A stretch of 63,920 nt of DNA, filler included, from Olpidium bornovanus S191 (Eukaryota; Fungi; Olpidiomycota), in NCBI GenBank assembly GCA_017911155.1. It is 32 parts of 32 records of this genome, joined end to end, with 100 filler letters (N's around TTAATTAATTAA, not from the genome) between each part and the next. Parts side by side here need not be neighbours in the genome. Positions count along the whole stretch, not along the records: positions 33,923 to 36,187 come from JAEFCI010005118.1; positions 36,288 to 39,664 come from JAEFCI010007002.1; positions 39,765 to 44,158 come from JAEFCI010011083.1; positions 44,259 to 46,344 come from JAEFCI010006357.1; positions 46,445 to 47,695 come from JAEFCI010003341.1; positions 47,796 to 48,812 come from JAEFCI010008464.1; 26 more parts are not named here. One strand, given 5' to 3'. Shown piece by piece: positions 36,186 through 48,449 of this stretch. The notes beneath the pieces were generated by a model. The model did no database searches, was not told the DNA's origin, and saw only the letters and a program-made list of their open reading frames with translations. How positions within the stretch are numbered: the stretch's first letter is position 1; each line of letters starts with the position of its first letter. A program made the position numbers and the translations under genes.

Positions 36186-38039
36186 GANNNNNNNNNNNNN
36201 NNNNNNNNNNNNNNNNNNNNNNNNNNNNNNNTTAATTAATTAANNNNNNNNNNNNNNNNNNNNNNNNNNNNNNNNNNNNNNNNNNNNCATGCAAAATATC
36301 GTTCACGTAGACAAAAGCAGCGGGACAGCTGCGGGATCTTCCGGCTCACGACCTAAGGGAGTGCATCCGGTGTTTATCTGGCAAAAAGAAAAGGCCGCGG
36401 CCGGCATCGTTATAAATTGCCGAAACAGCGGATGCCGTTAAAAAAGCCCGACGACGTTTCGGTTGTGAACAAACAAAGTAAAAAGGAGCGCGCGACAAAA
36501 ATGATGCTCAGCGGTCCACGAAGCGGCGCAGGACGGACAGACCGGCCAGCCCGATTACGCGGGCGAGGCTGAACAGCGGGTCCACCGGGGTTTGCGGCAT
36601 CCTGTCCCTCTTCCTCCGACTCCATCCGGCCCTCGTGCATCACGGCTCTCGCGGGCACACGGTCCGCGGCCCACGCCGCTCCGGCTCCGTGGTCGCGACC
36701 GCGAACGAGCGCAACTTGGCCAGGAGCGCAGGTAAGACCGGAAGAGGGAGGAAGACCATTTTTGCGCGGGCGCCCGGCGGTGTTCGCCGCCCGCGCGTTG
36801 CGGTTGTTTTGGCGGGCTTCTTGCTGCTCTCTTTTCCCCGCGTGATAGGGCGCTTCCCCCGCAGGTGGGAATACTCGTGCCTTAAGGTCTCCTCCCGTTA
36901 AGGGACCGCGACGTTTTATTTGGGGTCGCAGGCTGTTCCAGTTTCCCTCGCAGCCAACAGATCGTTCGACCGGCCGCCCCCGCCTGGTTTCCTGACCCAG
37001 AGGAAGGAGGGTGCCCTGACCATCGGAGACTCGACGCCGCGCATATTTAAGCTCACTTTCACGTGTACGAGCGGCAAACCACTTGGCGAGTTCAATCTTC
37101 TCGGGAAAAAAACTGGCTTCGGGACCCGTCGTTATCTCGCACGCCAAGCTTAGCACACGACGCTACAGTCGGCACGCGACGATGGGAACGTCTGTTCATT
37201 GTCGACGGCAACGCTCTGGCACCGCATATTGTAAACACATAATTTTGCCATCGAGCGCAGTGCAAACCCAGAAGGCGCGCAAGGTGTGTTTTGGACGACG
37301 TGCCCTGCAATTCAAAGAACCTAGGCTGAGCATCATCATGCACCAATCATTCATTTCCTGAGCGGCAACGCTTGCGGGGCCTCACGGAACAGGGGTGTCA
37401 CGGCTGCCATCAATATTATTCGTTTATATGAATAGGCATTGGCGGGCAGCGAGCGCCCGTTTCGAAAGAGCGCTTCACGGTGTCGCGAAAGTAACAACAT
37501 CGAGCTCCCCCGCGCCTAATGCGTTTACAAACGCTTTAGCCGCGCTGCTACCCTTTCGAAAGCATCAGCGCCAAGCCGCCATCCCAACGGACAGGATTGA
37601 CGCATTTTGCAGGGCATAGCGTACGGCCGCGACTGACTATGGCGGCCGCGGGCGGAGTTAAATCTGGTTGGCCTCTGGCGGACGTTGCCACTTGGCATTT
37701 GCCGAAGTTTTTTTTTCTGGCACCGACCACGTCGTGCGCTTAGCCATGCATCATCCACCCATAAGAAGCGGCGTTATGCCGGACCCGCATTCCGGCTCTT
37801 CTTATGACGTCCTTCGTGATCTCGTCCACCTCACCGAACACGGTCGTCACGAAGGTCGGAAAGGACGCTCACCGGGTTGCGCCCATGCGCACACGTTTCG
37901 ATGTTCTCACCCTCGCACAAAACGGGAAACAATGATATTGCGAATATGGAGGGATCAATACGGAGTCCAACAAAAATTCATTTCTGCGTCCGAGCTTTGC
38001 CCAGCCTCCCCGTCCCCTTCTGCCGGAATCATGAATGCG

Positions 38040-38160
38040 TGTGTATATATATCTATATATATATTTATATAAATATAAATATATATAATATAATATATTA
38101 TATAATATAATATATATTTATATAAATATAAATATATATATACATACATACATATAGTAT
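38040..38160. repeat. AT-only (TA)n-type microsatellite island
   Basis: About 120 bp of almost pure A/T with an internal duplicated ATATTTATATAAATATAAATATATATA. Confidence 0.95.
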
Positions 38161-38367
38161 AATGGATTACAGCCCCCTTCCACCTGTCCCCGTCTTGGTG
38201 AACCTTGCTCCATTGGCGGCCGATCGCCGCGACGAGCATGTTGCAGAAATCCGGCTCGAAAAAAATCTCACCGCAACAACCAGAATGTCGCCGGACGCGT
38301 TGTGGACATGCGGCGCGTTCTTGGGCAGAATTTGGCGGGCGGGCGGGCGGGCAGGCACAACCGCGCG

Positions 38368-38410
<43 letters not shown>

Positions 38411-41400
38411 GGATGGGGGACGCCGACGCCGACGCCGATCCCAACGGAAAAAGCGGATGCGCCCCCTCACGGGCGCCGGCGTCGGCGGCTCTTGCGGGCG
38501 CGGACGCACGTCGACGTCGGCGACAGAGGAAAAGGGAGGGGAGGGAGGGGATTTTGAGAGGGGTAACCGCTCGCCGATGCAACCGCGCGCGGCCTGCGCT
38601 TTCGGGGAACACTTCTCACACAGGCGAAGAGCGGAAGCGGCAACGGCGAGCTCGCCGTCACGAGCTCAACCACATGCTTCTTTTGTTGCTTTTTCTTACG
38701 GAAAAACCGGTTGCGCTTGCCCCTCGCCCAGGCGCCGGCAATATTTCGCGCCTTGCGGCCGTTCGCGGCGGGGCACCCAGGCAATTTGTCAGCGGCAGGC
38801 AACGAGCGCGCCTCGGGCGTTGGCCACGCCGCGGATTTCGCCGCGCCGGGCCGCCGCCCGGCGATCGCGACGCGGGCGACCGTCGTTTCACGCGCGATGC
38901 GAAAACGCCGTCGCCGTAGCGGCGGTTCTGACTTCGGCGGCAACGGCACGCGTTTCCTGCGGCGCGCCCAGAACAGCACCGTACGCCCGATCAAAAGATC
39001 ATGCAGGTCAAAGGTCATCCGGCTACGACATTAGGCTGTGAGAATGACAACGTCCCGCCATCAAGGGTGCGCCGACCGTTGCCGCCACGCCATTTCCGCC
39101 TCCTCCGTCGTTGACGCGGCCGGCAGGTCGCGGAGGAGAGCATGCCTCGCCGCCTGAGGCGCCACGCGAAGGAGAAGCCGCGTCGGCGGCCCACCCACCA
39201 AAGCGGGGGCCTATCTTGGTTTCTCGGTGGGGCAGAAAAAATATCCGGGGGACGGTACAACATAACAGCACGAATTTACGCAACTTGTCCGCTTTTTTGG
39301 GCAGGAACGCTGACGAGCCCGCAGCCCGGGACGAAGCAGACATCGGCGATGACTCCTCGCAACACGACAGGTCGTCAACGCGCCGCCAAGGTTGCGGGTA
39401 GCGGGTTTGACCCTTGGGTTGGGCTTATTTTTTTTTTCTTAACTTTTTCCCTTTGATCGGGGCGAGGCTTAACTGGTTTCCGTTTTTCCGTCGATCGGCC
39501 AGGAGGAGATGGGATGTGCTGTGTTTTAGCGGTGCAAGGGTCACATGGTTTTACGCTAATTCGGACTCCGATCTAGTTCTCCCGCTTTGACAAGCTCATC
39601 GTGGCTGAGGTCACGAAGTCGAGGAATCTCCCATACGATGCGCCGTTGTTCCAGTTCGGAGCGGNNNNNNNNNNNNNNNNNNNNNNNNNNNNNNNNNNNN
39701 NNNNNNNNTTAATTAATTAANNNNNNNNNNNNNNNNNNNNNNNNNNNNNNNNNNNNNNNNNNNNCATTTTTTTTTCGCGCGGATTTTGCGGAAGTTATTA
39801 GAAGCGGCACTTCGTCGGAGCGCGCGGGCATCCTGGAGGCATTGTAAGCGCGACCGCACCGAGGTTGGCAGTGCGGAGCACATGAAACGAAGCGTTACCG
39901 CGGCAGGCAGATTAAATGTTTGCCGATAAGTCGGGCTCGCGGGGCGAAGCTTTTTCGTCTCCGGACGTCTCGTCACCGTGTCTTGCTAGGCGAAAAAGAA
40001 ATTATTCGGGCGTATGTTACTTGCGACGGATCGCGCAAAGAATCCGCGGCGTACTCGTCTCGCTCTTACCCCGGCAAATGCGTGCCACTTTGGTGGGCCC
40101 GCGATCCAATTTTCGCAATCACGAACGCCTCCCGCTTTGCAGGGCCATCCGGCGCTGCCACGTCTTTTAACATGTCGTTTGAAAGACGGGGTGATTTGGT
40201 ACGCGGCCCGTCAAGGTGCGCCGCGGGTGACGCAGATCGTCCGGGTTCATCGTCGCACTTTTGGGCCATTTCCAAGCGCGCTATCTGTATTTATATATTA
40301 CATAGTGATTTTTTCTTGACAACCTTTTAACTATTTGCGACTGCGAGGATGCTCCCGTCCAGCGGACCCTGCGCCGCAGACTGGAACGGCGGGCGGAAGC
40401 GAAACACGGGCAGACAATGATTTGCCCTTCAGTGGGGACGAGGCAGCCTATGAAGACGGGGCGCAGGCGAACGAGCCGCCAAATGGAGGGAGATGGTGGT
40501 GGGCAAATCGGGACGTCGGACAGTTCCGTCCGGATGAAGAGCAGTCGGGGCCAAGGACCTGACGCCTTTGGCTATGACCTTTTCCTGCCAAGTACACCAG
40601 GAAGGCCTACTCTCGGCAGCTCAAGAAGTTCCTCGCCTATCGCCGGCCGCGTCGCGGCGCCGTACCGGCCGGGAGCCGGCTTCTGGTTAGCTGGCTTGAT
40701 TTCAACACGTAATCTCGCGGTGTGGCTTTGGGCACCGCGTTTCTTTCGCACATTTGCACCCTCATCCTCCTTCGCTTTTCGCATCGCACGTCGCACGTTC
40801 TCTCCCATTACCCAACTTGTACTAGCAGTAGCTGGGGAGGATGGGAGAATCTCCTGCTCCCGTGCAGGGGCAGGAAGTGGGGGCGGCTGTGGGACGGTTC
40901 GGGCTGCCGGTAGTCCCGGTCAGGCCCTCCCGTATTACCTCTCTCCAGCCCTCAAACCCCCCCCCCCCTTTTTCCCGTACTCTCCGTCTCGCTTGCGCGA
41001 AACAATAAACAACTCCATTCGTCTTTGAAAACGTCCCCGACGGTCCTCCGAAAGCCCCCCAGGACAGCCTAGTTTTAACCGCCTGAGACTGCGATGCCCT
41101 CGGACGGGCGGTCGGCAGCTCCTGGGGTTGGAGGGTAGAGCCGGGGAGAAGGAAGGGCAAGCTGGGGGTCGCTTTGAAGAGGTCTTCGTAGGCCGCAAGG
41201 GAGGAGCTTCCACGCCTCGCGGTCACCGGTATCTACGGCCGAGTGCGCACGTACTCTGCCGCAAACCCACCCACCGCCCCCCCCCTTTCCTCCCACGGCG
41301 AATCCTGCAGATAACGCTGCGAGAAATCCTGCGGCCACACGGTCCCGCCGGGAATTCTGCGGCCGGCCCCGCGGCGGATTTCCCCGACTCGACCGATGCG

Positions 41401-41760
41401 GCAATTTGCCTGGGCAAATCTTGCCCCAGAATTTTTTCCGCCTTTTTTGACGTCCGGATAAAACGCCTGCGCCTTCCCCCATTACCCCCCCCCCCCTCCC
41501 CCCCCGCGTGAGAAAACAAGTAGATTCTGACTGTCGAGTTTCGGAAATGATCCCGATGGCTTAATCTTAAAATTTTGTGACCACGATCACCTGGCGCAAT
41601 TACGGCAGGGCGACTGCTGGGATGGTCTTAGTGTCATCTGAAGTGTGTTGAAATGTGTGTCACATCCGCCAAGCCGGCAAAAATTTGTCTGACGTTATCC
41701 CTTTTGGCATCACAAATGACGAGGGCGGCGGTATAGGTGTCGCCACAGGCGGCGCGCGTA

Positions 41761-41848
41761 ATCTGCAGGTCACGTTACTTATTTTCCCTTATTTAGACGT
41801 AGGCATCTGCAGGTCACGTGACTTATTTTCCCTTATTTGGACGTAAGC
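41761..41848. promoter_or_regulatory. 2 x 44-bp duplication carrying an E-box and a CArG-like box
   Basis: Copy 2 has GTCACGTGAC (41813-41822) and CCTTATTTGG (41831-41840). Copy 1 has GTCACGTTAC and CCTTATTTAG. The repeat is certain; the regulatory role is inferred. Confidence 0.45.
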
Positions 41849-42493
41849 CGGGCAGAGACCCTTTAAAGCTGTGCTAGCAAATACAGACGCTGAATTCGTT
41901 GACGAGGAGGCAACTGTCCGCGACCGGCTGAACCGAGTATTAGTTGACTGCGTATTCGCGTCGAGCACCGTTGCGTCTGGCGAAAGGAAAAAAAGGCTAG
42001 GGAAAGAATGGCGAAAAGAAGAAAACGCTGGGAAAAGAAGGGAACAGTTGCGTTCAACTTTTAAGGCGGCGCTCGCCTCCTTCTGTTTTCCGTCCGCGCC
42101 TCTTTCGGACGGCTGGCGCGTGCTACACCTAAAAACGGAGACGCCCAAGACCGGGTCCGAAGTTAAACGTTGACAGTTCTCACCAAATGGCGGGGGGGAA
42201 GGGGGGGAGGGATGTACAACAAAGTTGGCGCCGATGACAAAAAAAACGTGCAAAAAACAACTCGGCGCAGCAGCGACGTCGTCGTTCGTAACAGATGGCG
42301 TCCGGTGGAAATGCGATCGCCCCGGAAACGTCGGACGCCGTCAACCGCCTGCGGCAAAACGCGGTCAGGGTTCCGTTTGCGGGCGGAGGGAGACGTCGGG
42401 AGACAGAAGGGGCGTCAAAGCGATCGGATTTATTTTGGCGTTGTACGCCGCATTCGGGCAAGATATGCGGGCCGCTCCGGGGAGCGGTGGACT

Positions 42494-44158
42494 TTATACG
42501 ACTGCGCAAGGGCCAGGAAAAAACAAAGAGAAGGTTAAAGTACACTCTCGGGCATAAACGCGCGCGCAAGCGCGGCACCCGCCTCCCCCTTTCTTCCCCC
42601 CCACTCTCTTCCCACTCCGCCGTGAGACGCCGCGGACTCACAGTACATAACGGAGGTCAGCGCGTCCGACACCGCCTGGTACACCTTCTCTGTTTGCTCG
42701 GAATCGGCGGAAGCCCCTTCCGCCCAGTTCTCCTGTTTCGTATGGAACCGTGCGCGGTCGCACACGAGGTCTCCGGGATCCGCAAAACCGAGAGGAAAAA
42801 AACGGGCTGCGTGTCAGCTGACGCGGCCGGTTTGCGCCGGGTGAAGGTCGAGGGTGAAAATGAAAAACAAAAAAAAGTAAAAACTTCCGGGTTTCCGTCC
42901 CACTCCCCGCTTACGCGCGTAGTAGACGGCGGGGACGACCTTCACCGCGCGCGTTGCTCGGCAAAACGTGTAACACATCCTGCGACCGTGACGTTTTCCC
43001 CCGGGGGGAGGGGGGAGGGGAAGCCGGGAAGCCGGCAAGGGAGGGGAAAGACGTGATCAGGGATGATTTGCGCGCTGTTTCTGCGGTGTTCGCTCAACGT
43101 TTTCTTCTTTGCTCACTTGTAAGTCATCTGCTGCAGCGCGTCCGCCCCGAGCTTGTTTTCGTCGTGCAAAACGTAGTAGTGCGTCGGCCGGGAAGTCCCT
43201 TGCAGGCCCGCGTGCGACAAAATCTGCCAAGAAAAATGCTTCTGCTTCAGGGATTGTTTCACCGCTCGATTTTTTTTGTTTTGTTTAGACGGGTGGGTGG
43301 ATGAGGGAGGAGGGGGGGAGGGGAGTGGCAACGGCGCGCCGCCTGAAAACACCCGGCGGCGAGTTGCGGGTTCCTCGGTCTTGAAAATAGTAACAATGAC
43401 AACAATGTCGGGAGGGGAGCTTACGTAGAAATCGTACTCCGTGGGATGCACTATGCCGGTTTCGACGACGGTTCCCGGGAGGCAGTTGCCAGATTTGTCC
43501 GCACCGCCTTGGAGGGGGAAAAACCGCGTGTGGTGGCGCTTTTGAGCGACGATCCAGGTGATCGTGGGTGCGTATTTCGCGTCCAGCTCCTGGCACGCCT
43601 TGCGGATGCTCGCGAGCTGTCAGGGGAAGTAGGGGTTGCGTGGACGATGGAAAGAGGAAACAAAACAGTTACAGCTCCGGTCGAACGGCGGGACTGCGTT
43701 GGACGGCCAGCCGGCGCGCGCGGTGACCGGCGACGTCGGGCGTGGGGTGGGAAACCTCCCAACTTGCCTCGGCGTTAAGAGTAATGCGGAACTGGCCCTC
43801 GCTGACCCCGTCGCGGTAAATCAGGATCCTTTGCGGCGGGACGCCACGGTTCGCTTGATAAAAATTTCGGAGGACCTGTTTTGCCATGTCGCCGACATCG
43901 GTGATCGTCTCCCCCCTCGCCTGCTGGACCCGCACCGCTGCCGTGAACGAGGAGCCCATCTTGTCCACCGAGCCGACCACGCTCGCGATCGACGGCCGCG
44001 TCGTGTCCCCGGGGGCCGGGTGCGCCACGTCCATGCCCATGACCATTGTCGGCAGCTCCGCAAAGAAAGGCAAGTCCTGCGGCGTCAAAATGACGTTCGT
44101 CCCTCCGATTTTGACATTGATTTTCAAACAGACGTTTGCACAATACTTTTGAAAGCCG
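42494..44158 (-). CDS. AGO1: Argonaute, MID-end/PIWI domain, 5'-partial
   Basis: KINVKIGGTN...MGMDVAHP...SIASVVGS...ILIYRDGVSEGQF|...QKRHHTRFFP...GNCLPGTVV...|SHAGLQGTSRPTHYYVL|YYA|HLVCDRAR...MY|FV*. Confidence 0.98.
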
Positions 44159-44258
44159 NNNNNNNNNNNNNNNNNNNNNNNNNNNNNNNNNNNNNNNNNN
44201 NNTTAATTAATTAANNNNNNNNNNNNNNNNNNNNNNNNNNNNNNNNNNNNNNNNNNNN

Positions 44259-45864
44259 GCTCCTTTTCCGACAGGCTGGCGTCTGCTGGCCTCGGACTGA
44301 CGACATCCTTAACGAATGTCCTGAGAGTTGCTGCTTTCGCAAGATGGTCCAGGAATCGCCGATGAGGCCCCGGCATGTAGTCTCGCATCCTCAGAATGAA
44401 GTTGTGGTGCAGCGATTTATCATGGTTGATTTCCGGCTTCCCGTTCGCGGCGGGAACGTCGTTATTTGCGCTGCATACACCGTTGCACGTGCCGGAAGCC
44501 GCCCCATTCTGCCGGTGCGCAGCAGCATGGCCATTAGCGGTGTCGCCAGCATGCGGCAAGTTTGCGGCAGAACAGCCGTGCTGGCTGGCAGCGGCATGCT
44601 TTTCCGGCACTCCATGCTGGCCCGTCGGCCTATGTTCGATACCGAGAGCCACGTCTAGGGCTTGGATCAACGACGACTGCGCAGCACTGCCGCCGGCGTA
44701 TTTTCGGTACGCCGGCGGTTCCCCGGGGCCGGCACCTAGATTCGGAACTCCCTCGTAGCGTACCCCGTGCGGCAGACCCGCGTCGGCCATATTGTCCCAC
44801 CCAGCCAGGTAGGGCCGGATGCGCCAATAGAAAACGTAAGGGTCGCAATGGTCGTACATGCGCTTTAAGATCACGTTGAGATTTGCCACAACCCTCTCTA
44901 TAGTTTCCAGGGCCGAGATTGCCGCCTCAATGTTCCCGGAACGTGCCGCGTGCTGGGCGGCGATGCATGCAGGCAACGCCTTGGCGCCCTCCGCCTCTAT
45001 AGCCGTCGTAACCAGGTAGAACCACGCCTCGTCTGTTGACCCTGAGTATGTGTGCAGGGCGGCAAAGTTGCTACCCGTCCCCACGAGCGGATGGTCATCA
45101 CAAGGATGTGAGTGGTTCACACATCCAGGTTGTCGGCAGTTAAGTCAAATGCGCGAACGGAGAATTCACAATTCCGCCTCGACATGCGCCTTGCAGGGAT
45201 CCGTCACTGAGCCGCTGTGGATTGGCTGCCAGCTGCCTCCCCATCGGGCACCGTTGCTCACCTAAGATCCCATTCCTTCTTTGGGTCGAGCAACTTCCAA
45301 TTCCAGAGGACGACAGCCGCCTGGCAGACAACGGGCCGGAGCTGCAACTTATCCGCAACGTAATGCCACGGAACCGCCAGCTGCTCTGGTAAAATCTCGG
45401 ACGGCGGTTCAGCCTTGCCCCACACGTAAGCATGGCCGATCATACAGAGCACCAAGAAAGCGCGGCGGAGCTCCCGCACGTTGCGGAGTCGGGCGTGGTC
45501 TAGGAGCGGCAACTGAAATAGCCCGGGTTTTTCGGAACCGGAAACGGCAACGGGAGGGGAAAAGCGGCCGGGTGAGCTACAAAATGAGTGTCACGCCCCA
45601 CCAACGCCGGGCACAGAGAACCCCCGCTACCTTGTGGACCGCTCCTCGAAGCTGCCCCGCGAGCATAAGCGAGTTGAGATTCTCCACCAAGGCCTCCCAC
45701 GGCTGATAATACGGATCCTCCAGCTTGGTGAGCGGCGGCTCCTCCGGCAAGAAGCCCGTCAGCGGACTGACGTCATAATCTTGGAGAGCGGGCACGGGCA
45801 CTTCGCTGGAAACGCCACGCCCTTTGGCAGGCGTGCGGCCAAACACAGAGGCGTCGTCGAACAT
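44259..45864 (-). CDS. BNA2: Indoleamine 2,3-dioxygenase, 3'-partial
   Basis: YDVSPLTGFLP...YYQPWE|...GHAYVWG...LAVPW...VVLWNWK|...DEAWFYLVTTAIE...FYWRIRPYLAGW...YAGGSAAQSSLIQALDVALGIEH...MRDYMPGPHRRFL. Confidence 0.97.
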
Positions 45865-46067
45865 GCTCGAGTTCGCGACGGGCAGATCTCAGCTGTGGTC
45901 CCTTCCTTCTCTGCTGCTGCCGCGGCGGACGGGGTGTTTTCCGCAAACGGAGGAGAGAGAGGCACCCCCCACCCTTCTTCCCGTCCGCCTCCAAACGTTT
46001 TCCGGTCTTTTTGGCCGACAACATCCCGCCGCCCTCAGGCGCAACAACCACACAAACAAACACAATA

Positions 46068-46103
<36 letters not shown>

Positions 46104-46469
46104 AAACACACAAACACGCACGTGGGGGCGCCAGCCCGCTGTCGACATGGTGGGCAGATGTTCTGTTGACACATAAAACTGCGTTTGGTTAACAGTCTCA
46201 AGGCATCCGTCGTGGCCAGCGCTTTTTTTTTTTTTTTTTTTTACCAGAACAAGAGAAGAAAAACGTAGGAAAAGAGACTATGTAGTGCTAATAAATTCGG
46301 ATAAAAATGCTGCCCGAGCTATGTTCCACTAGTGGCGCTCCAAANNNNNNNNNNNNNNNNNNNNNNNNNNNNNNNNNNNNNNNNNNNNTTAATTAATTAA
46401 NNNNNNNNNNNNNNNNNNNNNNNNNNNNNNNNNNNNNNNNNNNNCATGAAAACCCGCCGTCCTTGTCAG

Positions 46470-47694
46470 GTCGCTTACCTTCAAAAACGGCTTCCAAACA
46501 AGGTCTAACGCTTTGATGTCCTTCTTGTACCGCGTGTCCCAAAAAAACACCTGGCCGTCCAAGGAGGTCGTCACAAGCTGATGATATTCTTCGTCCTGAG
46601 TGTCGGCTATGTCCCCGGTGTAGTGCACCTGGTGGGACGCACGCATCGAGCGGCCTCGGGGCGTCGGCGATCTCTCACTCTCTCTTTTCCTTTCTCTCTC
46701 CCCCTCTCTTTTTCTTTCTCTCTCTTTCTCAGCGCACAATGCGAGCCGAAAATTATGTTTTCGGATTCTCCCATGCCGGGCTCACCTCCATTGACTTCGC
46801 GAGCCACCTGACGTCCGATATAGCCATTTTATGGCTCGCTTCGATGCTCGACACCGTGATGTATTTCACAAAGGGCGTTTCAATCCCTCGTTCGCGGTCG
46901 TCGACGGCGACCGGGTTTTCCTTTCCGGCTTCCGTGAACGACGGCTTGGAAGCCTTTTTGTTGGACTTGAGCTTGTCTTGAAATTCTTTGATGTCCCACA
47001 TGATCACCTGGGAAGTCGGCCGCGCGGATCGCGAAAGTCAAGCTGCGCGGCGCCGAGCGAGCGCTCGGTCGTACTAACCGCCGGTCGGAAGGAGGGGAGA
47101 GAGAGAAAGAAGGGGTGGGGTTGAGGGGGATTGCTGCAACTCACCTCGCCGTTGACGCAGCCCCCTACGATTAGGTTGGGATTTCCCGGGTTGAACTCGA
47201 AGGCATTAATGTCGTCTGGTGCTTCGAGAATCAACTGCGCGACGAGTTTAAGGTTTTCTGCTGGGGACACGATTTTGCCGTTCAGCTAGAGGTTTTCTCA
47301 CCTGGGGGTGGATGGGGTCGTGGAAACTCCACACAAGAATCAACGAGCTCTTTGTGTTGACGTTACTGCCCAACTCGATTCGCTCGTCGAGCGTCATCCG
47401 CTGCGTGCAAGATATCGCAACGATGCCTTTGATGTTCGGATGCCAACGGACGGCCGAAATGCTCCTGTCTTTGCTGTGCCGCAGGTCCGTAAAAGATTGA
47501 TATTCCTGGGAAGTTGCCCAATTTTTGCGGAAGTTCCAGGTTGCAGCAGGATTAAATGGGCCGCAAGGCTCTAAGGACGCGGATAACTCAACATCCCTCT
47601 GACGGCCACCCACTTGTAAGACGGTATGTGCACCTTGCCCGACAGCTACATCTTCTTCCCCAAGCAGTTTGTACTCGTCGCTGAAGAGATCCAT
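46470..47694 (-). CDS. WDR63: Axonemal inner-arm dynein intermediate chain WDR63/DNAI3 (IC140), internal fragment
   Basis: EYQSFTDL...WHPNIKGIVAIS...SLILVWSFHDPIHPQ|LILEAPDDINAFEFNPGNPNLIVGGCVNGE|VIMWDI...SSIEASHKMAISDVRWL...TTSLDGQVFFWD. Confidence 0.93.
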
Positions 47695-47795
47695 GNNNNN
47701 NNNNNNNNNNNNNNNNNNNNNNNNNNNNNNNNNNNNNNNTTAATTAATTAANNNNNNNNNNNNNNNNNNNNNNNNNNNNNNNNNNNNNNNNNNNN

Positions 47796-48449
47796 CGAGT
47801 TGGGGCGAAACAACGTCGAAACAACCCGCGGCACGCTCCCCCACTTACTAGGGGGGAGGAAGAATTCTTCTGGTATATGGGGATACGCGTCGCGTTGCTG
47901 GACCAACCAGCCGACAAAGTATTCGACGAATACTCGTTGGTGGAGCCGGAGTGTCCGGAACCACAAGCCGAAAACCTTTATGTGGAAACTAAACTTTTCC
48001 ACGCGCCCCGTCCGCGCCATCGAATCCTCCACGCACACTTCGTCGCGCGAAATAGTCGGCCCTTCGTACTTCTTGTAGTCAATCGCGAGCGCGATAAAAT
48101 CGACAAGGGCGTCGACCAGCCCCCCTATACCGGCAGCCCCGTTTGCGCGGCGCTCGTCGTCTGTCGTCGTGTCCCCTGGGACCGGGTACCACTCGACATC
48201 GAGGACAAGGGGAGCTGGGGCCCCTGTCGGGATGATCTCACACAGATCTTCCGTCTTCCTTGCAAGACGCGCTGCCGCGTCTTCGGTCGTCCCTGCAAAA
48301 AATATTTTCTGCTCCTTTTCCTTTTCCGCGATAGCGACCTTGCGCCCGCCCTGCCAGACAAAGACCGGGGTGGCGTCCGCGGCCCTCTCCAGCAACACGG
48401 CGGCCTGCTGTTGGGCGAGATGGAGCCTGGGGAACTCGTCGACCGGCAT
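47796..48449 (-). CDS. PrimPol-like archaeo-eukaryotic primase (NCLDV-herpesvirus clade), intronless, 3'-partial
   Basis: VFVWQ...QKIFFAGT...LCEIIPTGAPAPLVLDVEW (motif I DxE, 48192-48200) and KFSFHIK (motif II SxH, 47982-47990). Spacing follows PrimPol VFALE...QRIYLVT...YEVIP...KLYFDLEF...KFSRHL. Confidence 0.8.
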
